Assembly (NCBI GenBank): GCA_965112735.1
Contig: OZ218956.1
Span: 3,100,001 to 3,164,000, forward strand
Reading direction: 5' to 3'
Length of the DNA: 64,000 nucleotides
Source of the DNA: Phaeosaccion multiseriatum
Lineage: Eukaryota; Protista; Ochrophyta, other classes
Translations under genes and position numbers: made by a program
The notes under the pieces: model-generated
The model's input: only the letters and a program-made list of their open reading frames with translations
Database searches by the model: none
Told to the model about the DNA's origin: nothing
Shown: positions 46,416-56,400 of the stretch, piece after piece
Layout: the number at the start of each line of letters is the position of its first letter
Position numbering within the stretch: the stretch's first letter is position 1

Positions 46416-49400
46416 GCAGCAGCAGCGGGAACAGCAGGCCGGCCTCCGCGAGTGTTGATGGAGGGGGAGAAGCGGACCAGAAGGAGCCGGTGTGGTTCGG
46501 CCTTGAGACGGAGAGATACGCCACTGAGAACGACAAGCTGCGACAAGAAAACGCCGAGCTTCTGCTCCGATTGGAGAGCGTGAAGCTTCAGACCAAGCAG
46601 GAGATGGCAGCAGAAGTGGCGGGGACGGTGGGGGATCTTGTGGCGGCGTTCAGGCTACAGACCATCCGATTGGAGGCCATGAATAAGAACAAGAGCGAGA
46701 AGGCGGAGGAGTGGGCACGCTGGCTCGAGCGGGCCAAGGAGACGGAAGGCTCCACGACTGCTCTGCGGGGAGTAGAGGTGGATACCACAGCGTCTACAAC
46801 CACCACCACCCAGGCCGGGTCTGGGGTGGAAGTGGGCAGGGATTTTGCTAACCTGGTCAAATATACAGCGGCCCTGGAGAGGCTTGTGGAGAGGCAGGGG
46901 CAGGACTGGGCGGAGAGAGAGGCAGCGCACCGGCAGGAACTTGCCGAGTTAGAGGCGGAGTTCGAAGGGTTCCACGAAGAGAATATGCTCGGTCTCCTTG
47001 CGCCGCCGCTTTCGTCTTCGGGGGTGGAGGGAGGAGGAGGAGGAGGAGGAACAGTTGGTGATACAGCGGCACCAGGAGCGAGCATCATTGGGCAGGGGGA
47101 GTGGGTGAGCAAGGAAGAATCCTCTCGTCGCCAAGGCACGCAGCGTAGGCTCAAGCGCCTTGCCAACGACGTTGAGCGCTCGTCTCGGGAGGCGGGCCAG
47201 TGGAAGAGAGAGGCAGCTCAAGCGAGGAGAGATGCTCGCTCGCTAAGGGCCACAGTGGATCAGGCAGAGGCGGATGCAGCTGCTGCCAATGCCAAGGTCG
47301 AGGCTGCTGAGGCTGTCGCTGCTGCTGCTACTGCTAAGGCTGCTGAGGCTCAGGCTGCTGCTGAGGCTGCGGCTGCTGCTGCTGCGGCTGCTGAGGCGGC
47401 TGCTGAGGCATCCTCACCAATGCTGAGCGCTGCTCCTGGGCAGGGCTCGGTCGGAGCAGAATCAGGGAGAGAAGAGGAAGATGGCGAGCAGCACGAGCAG
47501 GAGCACGACCAGGAGGGCAGCCTCCGGGTGCTTCGCTCCTCGTCGCGCGCCTCTTCGCTGGCGTCATCACGAATGAGCGGCGACGAGAATGCCCCACCGG
47601 CACAGCCACAGCCACAGCAGTTGGTCATACAGCCACAGCCACAGGCAAGGCCACTTGCTCCTCCTCCGGTGCATCCCATGACGGCGGGGGGTGCGGGTGG
47701 TAACGGGCAGGCACCGCCGCTGCCACCAAAGGTCTTTAGGCAGAAGCATCAGCAGCTCGATCAGGCAGCGCCGCCACTTCCTCCTCCCCCTCCCCTGGCG
47801 CTGCGGCAGGGGTCCGTGAAGCGACACTTGGGCAGGATGGAGTCACAGGGAGAGATTGTGGAGAAGGCGGGCGGGGGGGGGGTGGCGAGGTTGGGAGGAG
47901 GAGGGGCAGTCGCGGAGGCAAGGGCGGCACTCATGGCTTCGACGACCTTTGGGTCCACCGGGTCGGCGGGCTTTGTGAACAACGGAGGCGGGGTGTTTTA
48001 TAGCAATAATGGTAGCAGCAATGTTAGCGTTATAAGCAGCAACAGTGGGGGAGGGGGAGGGGGGGGTAACAACTACAACTACTCCATGGAGGGGAGCGGC
48101 AGAGGCAGCGGGGGAAGCAGCAGCGCCAACGGCAGCCACGGTAGGCAGCAGCAACAACCCTACGGCCACTACCCCTTGAGCCGCAGCAGCAGCAGCACCA
48201 CCTACTCCTACCACAACCACCCCCCCAGCACGGCGAGACCGTCGGGCAGTTCCGGAAGTGGGGGAGGAGGAGGAGGAGGAGGAGGGGGCGCCTACTACCC
48301 GCAGCGAGGGGTGCTGAACCGGTCCCAGAGCACCAGGTCACAGGGGACGTACCCCGCCGACCGCCGTGCTCAGTTCACCAATGCTACATACGGAAAGTAC
48401 GCCAACACTGGCAATGGCAGGGGGAGCGGGGGAGGGCGTAGTCGTGGCTCGCTGGAGGCAGGACGATCGGTGGTGGCCATCTCTAGACCAGGTAGGAGAA
48501 CAGAGAGAGAGAGAGAGAGAAGGATGTGTGTGTGTAACATGTACAGGAGAGAAAGGGGAGAGGGGAGAGAGAGCCTTTGCATTCAGCCATCTTGTTTGTT
48601 GTTGTCTCACTCTTTGCCTCCCCTCCTGTGTCCTTCTCTTGGTTCTTCTTCTTCTTCTTCTTCTTCTTCTTCTTCTTCTTCTTCTTCGTCTTCTTCTTCT
48701 TCTTCTTCTTCTTCTTCTTCTTCTTCTCTTATCTTCCTCTTCTTCCTCCTCCTCCTCCTCCTCCTGTGCATCATGTTGGAACATTGACAGTGCGCATGAG
48801 TGCCGGAGCAGGAGGGCCACGCTCCCCACGCACCTCTCTCCAGCGCCGATCGGTAGGCAGCCCTGGCCAAAGCAAAGCGGGTTGGCAGAGCCGAAAAACG
48901 GCAAAGGTGAGACTAAAGAGGAGGAGGAGGAGGAGGAGGAGGAGGGCGAGGGGGTGATTGGGGAAAGTGAGCAGGCAAGAAGGACGTGGGTTAGAGTCAG
49001 CGTTGTGTTGTGTGTCGGGAAGGGACGGGGCGTCGGGCAGAGCAAATTTTGCAGTTTTGTTGTTTTGTAGAAAAGGGCCATGATATTTATCTGACGAACA
49101 ATGTCTCCTTCTTCCTCGTGCCCCCTTCCTTCCCTCGTTGAATCGAATTGCTCCCCCCTCCCTGCCTGCCTCCCTCCCTGTCTCTCTCCGTGTGTGTCTC
49201 TCCCACGCACGCACACACGTGCCGTCGTTAGTCCAAGTCGCACGACAACATGCTCGGAAAGCTTGCGAAGGGCCTGCGCAAGATTGTGCATATCGAAGGA
49301 GACCACAAGGATCATCGTAAGTACTTACGTGCTTACAGTAGTGTGTCTACAGTTTCGTATGTATGAAAACTCTGTTGTTCCATCAGAAATAATAATTATC

Positions 49401-49502
49401 TCTTCCCTCTCTCTCTTTCGCTCGCTCGCTTCTGTCGATCGATCCATCAATCAATCAGGCTCCAAGGCGAAGCGTCCGGGCTACAAGCGTCAGGGCCTTT
49501 GA
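42334..49502 (+). CDS. Kinesin-6 family (KIF20/KIF23/MKLP-like) motor protein
   Basis: VYLRIRP, P-loop [13 protein letters not shown] (kinesin-6-type), [31 protein letters not shown], coiled-coil tail. The last small exons (~48791-48906, 49231-49316, 49459-49502) join in phase. Confidence 0.9.
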
Positions 49503-50163
49503 ATCTTCGCACCAATTTGTGAAGCATTCAGTCAATCAATCTGTCGATGGATGGATGGATGGATGGCAGTGGATGGGCGATGCATCCGGCAGACGTCACA
49601 TCAGTGGACTAAGGGGCCGTTCGTTCGCACCTTGCGAATCACCACGAAGGGGGTTGTATCGTGGATCGGTATGAGAGCCATCGACACTCAAGGGATGAGA
49701 GGAGAGGAGGGAGGGGGAGGGAGAGGGGCTGTCAAGGCGGTCGGTCCTAGGGAGGAGAGTCGTGAGGAGGAAGGAGTAAGGAGGAAGGAGGTGGAGTACC
49801 TGTCGGTTTGTCATTCTATCCTGTCTTTTTCTTCCCGTATTGCCTCCCCTTCGGGTGCGTTGCTTGCTTGGTGCCATGAGTCAGTTTTCAGATTTAACAG
49901 TATCGAACTGATGAGTAGGATCGGTATCGATGATCGATGGTCACGGCTCAGTCAGCGTAGTAAGTCAGTAGGCACAAGTCATGCAAACCTTGCTTTGACT
50001 GTAGCGAGAGTTTTAGTCGTTTAGGGTTTAGGGTCGATGCGGAGGTGGATGGATGGTGGTGGTGGTGGACCATCCCAGTCCTATGGGCATAGATAGATCA
50101 CTGTGTGCCCGTTTGCCTGTTTCCGTCCGCTCTTTTGTATAAGCATTGGGCGCTGTCAGTCCT

Positions 50164-50198
<35 letters not shown>

Positions 50199-50948
50199 TT
50201 TGTTGGCGTGTAGTGTGTAGGGGAGGGTAAGAGTGGTGGTCGTGGTGCTGGTGCTGTTTGGGTGGTACTCCCACGGGCAAGGGGGGGGGGGGGGCGAGGG
50301 ACATTAAGCCTTCGACACTCTCCTCCCGTGATGCCCAAGTTGGGCTTTTCACTTAACTCTCTTATAGTTAATGAATGTACATTCTAAAAGTTACACGGTT
50401 AAGGCTGACTATCGGAAGAAGAGGTGTGGGAGGGTGAGCAATCTCGGTAGAGATTCGCGTAGTCGTATACGGCAAGGAAGCGCATTCCGCACGCCACCAG
50501 ATTCAGTTTCAGGTTTCTCAAGCCTGATTGATGCTATCGTACGACTCCATTTATGGCGTTCGATATTTAAACTCGCCGTCAGCCGTGCCTATCTGCCTAG
50601 CCCCTCTCAACTGACCCCGCTGCCTTTGCCACCCGTCGCCTCCAGCCCCCCCCCCTCCCCTCGATTCGCTCTCCTCCTGCGTATTGCTCTTCGCGACTCC
50701 TGTCCTGTCCTAGTGAGTTTGTCTGCGCCTTGCCCGTCCCTCCGCTCGCTCCCAGTGCCAGGGACCTTGGTGCCGAACTCAGTCGAGTCTCCGCTCGCTC
50801 ACGCGAAGCGGAGGCCTTCCTTCTTCTCTCTATACCATACCAAGCAGCGCCACAGTCACGCACACCTGGCGAGACACGTGGGACTCTGCTGCTGTTGAGC
50901 GCTTGCGTTGCCTTCGCCCCACGGATCCATCTACGCCTCTCCTTCCGC

Positions 50949-53198
50949 TCAGAGGGCTGTTGCTGCCGGACCGGTGACTCGCATCACCACCATCCCCGGG
51001 TTGTGTCTGTCTTCCCATACTTCGACGCCCGGCCTCTCCTGCAAATAGGCCAGCACCGCGGGCTTGAGAACGCTGACACCGTCCTCACTGCCTCGGCCTC
51101 GGCCTGTGATGACCTTGATCTCAGCCCCCGCCTTCGCCTCTGAGAGCACGTGACGAAGCGCTGCCTTGCTCGTTCCCCTGGTGAAGTCGTGCAAGTCCAC
51201 CTCCTGGCCCCCCTTCTTCCAGTGCTTCAAGACCCCTTGCGATTCGGCCTCTGCGTACAGCTCGTCAGCAGCCGCCTCGTCGCCACCCTCCTGCAAAGCG
51301 TCAATGGTGGAGCTGTAGCTGATTGCATTGGGAGCGAGTCCTTCTGCCTTCATCTCACTCAATAAACCCAATGCCTCCACGTGTTGGCTGGCCTTGGCGC
51401 ATGCGTCAATGGTGGAGTTGTAGTTGATTACGTCTCGAGCGAGTCCTTCTGCCTTCATCTCCCTCAGTAAATCCATTGCCTCCACGTGTTGGCTGGCTCT
51501 GGCGCATGCGTTTATGGTGGCGCTGTAGTTGATTACATTAGGAGCAAGTCCTTCTCCCTTCATCTCCCTCAGTAAATCCATTGCCTCCACGTGTTGGCTG
51601 GCTCGGGCGCATGCGTTAATGGTGGCGCTGTAGCTGATTACGTCTGGAGCGAGTCCTTCTGCCTTCATCTCCCTCAGTAAACGCAATGCCTCCACGTGTT
51701 GGCTGGCCTTGGCGCATGCGTCAATGGTGGAGCTGTAGTTGATTACGTCTGGAGCGAGTCCTTCTGCCTTCATCTCCCTCAGTAAACTCATTGCCTCCAC
51801 GTGTTGGCTGGCCTTGGCGCATGCGTTAATGGTGGAGCTGTAGCTGATAACGTCTGGAGCGAGTCCTTCTGCCTTCATCTCCCTCAGTAAACTCATTGCC
51901 TCCACGTGTTGGCTGGCCTTGGCGCATGCGTTAATGGTGGAGTTGTAGCTGATAACGTCTGGAGCGAGTCCTTCTGCCTTCATCTCCCTCAGTAAACCTA
52001 TTGCCTCCGCGTGTCGGCTGGCTCTGGCGCATGCGTCAATGGTGGAGTTGTAGCTGATTGCATTGGGAGTGACTCCTTCTGCCTTCATCTCCCTCAGTAA
52101 ATCCATTGCCTCCACGTGTTGGCTGGCACTGGCGCATGCGTCAATGGTGGAGCTGTAGCTGATAACGTCTGGAGCGAGTCCTTCTGCCTTCATCTCCCTC
52201 AGTAAACCTATTGCCTCCGCGTGTCGGTTGGCTCTGGCGCATGCGTTAATGGTGGCGTTGTAGCTGATTATGTCTGGAGCGAGTCCTTCTGCCTTCATCT
52301 CCCTCAGTAAATCCATTGCCTCCACGTGTTGGTTGGCTCTGGCGCATGCGTGAATGGTGCCGCTGTAGCTGATTACACCCGGAGCGAGTCCTTCTGCCTT
52401 CATCTCCCTCAGTAAACGCAATGCCTCCACGTGTTGGTTGGATCTGGCGCATGCGTTAATGGTGGAGTTGTAGCTGATTACATCGGGAGCGAGTCCTTCT
52501 GCCTTCATCTCCCTCAGTAAACCCATTGCCTCCACGTGTTGGCTGGCTCTGGCGCATGCGTCAATGGTGGCGTTGTAGCTGATTACATCGGGAGCGAGTC
52601 CTTCTGCCTTCATCTCCCTCAGTAAACGCAATGCCTCCACGTGTTGGCTTGCTCTGGCGCATGCGTTAATGGTGGCGCTGTAGCTGATTACGTCTGGAGC
52701 GAGTCCTTCTGCCTTCATCTCCCTCAGTAAACGCAATGCCTCCACGTATTGGCTTGCTTTGGCGCATGCGTATATAGTGGAGTTATAGCTGATCACGTCT
52801 GGCCTGAAGCCTTCCTTCTTCATCTCTGCCAAGAGAGCCAAAGCGCCCTTCCACCGCCCGCCATTCCCAATCGCGGTAATCGCAGCATTTAAACAGTACA
52901 GATTAGGCCTGAGGCCTTCTCGCCGTGCGCGCTCCAGAGTAGGTGCAACCCTCTTCCAATCCTTGCTCCTCCCCAGATCCTGGATCTCCCTCATGAGCCG
53001 TATCTGCCTCGACTTGTCACTTCCACCAGTGGAGTAGCAGGACCATTGCTGCGGCAGCTGCTTGTGCTGATGTAGTAAAGAGTCAGAGTCGGCACGCCGT
53101 TCAACACCTCCTCCTACTACTCTTCTATTCCTGCCAATGCAAGAGGAGTAGCAGGTTCTGACCACCCCCCTCAACGACATTGCACTCCTCATTAGCAT
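50949..53198 (-). CDS. P-class PPR-SMR protein, copy B (16 PPR motifs + SMR), inverted paralog of copy A
   Basis: Same architecture as copy A with four fewer 105-bp repeats. The SMR domain differs by one residue (A>P). The ~340-bp 3' flank (50611-50948) also matches 37086-37420. Confidence 0.95.
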   Translation of the reverse strand: MLMRSAMSLRGVVRTCYSSCIGRNRRVVGGGVERRADSDSLLHQHKQLPQQWSCYSTGGSDKSRQIRLMREIQDLGRSKDWKRVAPTLERARREGLRPNLYCLNAAITAIGNGGRWKGALALLAEMKKEGFRPDVISYNSTIYACAKASQYVEALRLLREMKAEGLAPDVISYSATINACARASQHVEALRLLREMKAEGLAPDVISYNATIDACARASQHVEAMGLLREMKAEGLAPDVISYNSTINACARSNQHVEALRLLREMKAEGLAPGVISYSGTIHACARANQHVEAMDLLREMKAEGLAPDIISYNATINACARANRHAEAIGLLREMKAEGLAPDVISYSSTIDACASASQHVEAMDLLREMKAEGVTPNAISYNSTIDACARASRHAEAIGLLREMKAEGLAPDVISYNSTINACAKASQHVEAMSLLREMKAEGLAPDVISYSSTINACAKASQHVEAMSLLREMKAEGLAPDVINYSSTIDACAKASQHVEALRLLREMKAEGLAPDVISYSATINACARASQHVEAMDLLREMKGEGLAPNVINYSATINACARASQHVEAMDLLREMKAEGLARDVINYNSTIDACAKASQHVEALGLLSEMKAEGLAPNAISYSSTIDALQEGGDEAAADELYAEAESQGVLKHWKKGGQEVDLHDFTRGTSKAALRHVLSEAKAGAEIKVITGRGRGSEDGVSVLKPAVLAYLQERPGVEVWEDRHNPGMVVMRVTGPAATAL

Positions 53199-53473
53199 TG
53201 TATCTTCTGCTCCCCTTACCCCCAATAGAGGCTATACACTTTCCTCCCTTCTATCCGTAACCAACTGCTGAGGCTGCACACGTTGCCAAATTGACCATAG
53301 GCTTGCCGATCTCCTCGCGAAACGTATCGCTGATATGGCATAGCTTTTCTCTGCCCCACACACACTTTGCGGCCACCTGTGAGTTTGGTTAGAGGACCAA
53401 TACGTCCAGCCACTTTCCCGACCACTGGGAGCGGATCGTGCACGTCTATTGCAGTTAAAGAAATGTTATGAAG

Positions 53474-56400
53474 TTAGGGCATGATTCCATTGGAAAGCCA
53501 CTGGAAGCTGTCGTACTGGGCGGTGGTGTAACTGTTCATGCTCTCACGAATGAGGTCCAGGCAACGGGCGACGGTACGTGTCTTGTCTAGGCTTGGGACC
53601 AGGCGCTATGTGGTGAAAGGGTAGAGCACAGGGGGAGGGGGGGAGGAGAACAAACACCATGAGCACGCCCATGCAGAGGGAGGGGGGGGGGGGGGGGAGG
53701 AGGAGAAGGGAGATTGAGGGGCGGGGGGGAATGGGGAGGGAAGGACAAGAGATTAGATTAGGCATAAGGGGGGGGGAGGGGAGGGGAGGGGGCGAAGGGA
53801 AGGAAAGAGGGACATATCCTTACTAGCTGGAAGGGGCGAGGGAGAGTCAAGTAAGTGGATGGAGTGGATGGAGTGGGTGGAGTGGATGGAGTGGATGGAG
53901 TGGATGGAGTGGGTGGAGTGGGTGGAGTGAATGGAGTGGATGGAGTGGGTGGAGTGGATGGAGCGGTGGAGTGGGTGGAGTGGATGGAGTGGATGGAGGG
54001 GGTGGATGGCTGAGAGAGGGTGGAGTGGATGGAGTGGATGGAGTGGATGGAGTGGATGGAGCGGATGGAGTGGGTGGATGGGTGAGAGAGGGAGGGACAC
54101 ACAAACGTCAACACAGCACCTTATCCAGACCCCTGGGGACGGATAGCCCATGTACTGGTCGTCGTCGGAGCGGTTCTGTAACGTCTACTTATCGTACGAT
54201 AAAAAGTGAAACTGAAACGAGCACAGGACACCGAAGACGAGTGCGACAGAGACACCGTCATACCACCCCTCCCACCTGCTTAAGCTTGTTGAGAATGGCG
54301 TTGCTGTCCTTGCCCGCAAAGCACTTGAGAGGGGACTTGAATGTAAGCATCTTCACGAGGGTGAGGATGCGGTCAGAGTGCGATTGGAGAGCGAGGAAGC
54401 CGCAGGTGAAGGCCACCACGAAGTCCATAAAGGTCTGCAGATGGAATGGCAGCAGATGCATGGGGATGGATGGCAGCAGATGCATGTGGATAGATGGCAG
54501 CAGATACATGGGGATGGATGGCAGCAGATGCATGGGGATGGATGGCAGCAGATACATGGGGATGATGGCAGCAGATGCATGGGGATGGATGGCAGCAGAT
54601 GCATGGGGATGGATGGCAGCAGATGCATGGGGATGGATGGCAGCAGATGCATGGGGATGGATGGCAGCAGATACATGGGGATGGATGGCAGAAGATGCAC
54701 GGGGATGGATGGCAGCAGATGCATGGGGATGGATGGCAGCAGATACATGGGGATGGATGGCAGCAGATGCATGGGGATGGATGGCAGCAGATACATGGGG
54801 ATGGATGGCAGCAGATGCATGGGGATGGATGGCAGAAGAAGGCGACTGTGATTGGTAATCGTTTGATGGAGAGTGAAAGTGAATTAGTGAGTGAGGGGGT
54901 GAGTGAGTGGGTGAGTGAGTGAGTGGGTGAGTGAGTATGAGAGAGAGAGAGACCAATGCACATGCCCCAAGTAGTACACTCACTCCCCACCCACCCAAGT
55001 GCCCTCACTTCCCACCCACCTGCGACTCCACGCCCCCCATCACCTGAACCATCTCTGGCGTGAGTTTGAAAGGGCTCGTCTCCAGGCTGAAGGTGCCCCC
55101 CGGGGCCGTGCCCAGGATGAAACCGAAGTCAATGTGCACCAAGTGGCCGTCCTTGGGGGATGAGAGAGTGGAGGGGTGAGGTGGGTGAGTGGGTGGGTTG
55201 GTGGGATAGTTGGTGGTGAGTGGGCGGGTGAGTGAGTGAGTGAGTAAGCTAATGAAGGGGTGGGTGGGTGGGTGTTCAGTGGGAGAGTGAGTCAAGGAGA
55301 AGAAGAAGGAGGAGGAGGAGGAGGAGGAGGAGGAGGAGGAGGAGGAGGAGGAGGAGGAGGAAGAGGAGGAAGAGGAGGAGGAGGAGGAGGAAGAGGAGGA
55401 GGAGGAGGAGGAGGAGGAGGAGGAGGAGGAGGAGGAGGAGGAGAAGAGAGAAGAGGACTGTAGCACAATGCCTGGACTGGAACCGAACACTCACCGCAGA
55501 GAGCAGCACGTTTCCGTTGTGCCTTGTAAGTCAATGAGTGAGGCGAGTGATGTGAGAGGGTTTGGGGGGGATGGGAGGGGTGGGAGGGGTGGGAGGGGAG
55601 GGCGGTGAGGGAGATGAAGGGAGGGAGGCGAGGGGCGGGAGCGGAGGGAGGGAGGTCAACGATGAGGTGAGGGGAGGGACAGCAGCGGAGGGGGCGGAGG
55701 TGAGGGAGGGGATGGGGGGAGGGGAGGGGAGGGGAGGGGAGGGGAGGGGAGGGGAGGGGAGGGGAGGGGAGGGGAGGGGAGGGGAGAGGAGGGACAGAGG
55801 GAGGGAGGGAGGGAGGGAGGGAGGGAGGGAGGGAGGGAGGGAGGGAGGGAGGGAGGGAGGGAGGGAGGGAGGGAGGGAGGGAGGGAGGGATGGAGGGAGG
55901 GATGGAGTGAGGGAGAAAGAGCTTCACACCTGTCCTTGATCTGGAACACGTAGCAGGCGAGACTGTAAGCAGCGGTGGACGACACGAAGGCCCTCTGAGC
56001 GTCTTTGAAGGGCTGACCACTGGGGCTGGGCACGGCACAGCGTGGCAAGGCAAGGCAAGGGGTTAGGAAGGGGAGGGGTGAGCAGACGTTACACAACCGT
56101 TACAGAGAGAAGTTCTTTTTTCTCCTCTTCCTCTGTCGCCTCCCCTCCTCCCCTTCCTCTACCCAATGCTGCTGCCTCTACTGGTGCAGTGCTTCTCCTC
56201 CACCTACCCTCCCTCCCCCCTCCCCCCATCCCCCCTTCCCTCCCCCTCACCTGCCGTATATATTCTCAAAATGCTTCTTGAGTCCCGGGAAGTTAGGCTT
56301 CTTCTTGATGCTGTCGAGCGAAGCCATGTTGGTCAGCGTCTGCAGCAGGCCTGTAGTTAAGTCAATAAGTGTAAGTCAACGAATGTATCCTGGTTAGCCG

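Noticed and set aside
50021-50035. TTTAGGGTTTAGGG telomere-like repeat
   Set aside because: Only two units; insufficient to call an interstitial telomere.
50371-51143. ORFs duplicated at 36891-37462 and 50371-51143
   Set aside because: Antisense or 3'-flank by-products of the PPR-SMR duplication.
53753-55008. Long overlapping repetitive ORFs ([23 protein letters not shown])
   Set aside because: Translations of intronic minisatellites within the PI4K gene, open in several frames on both strands.
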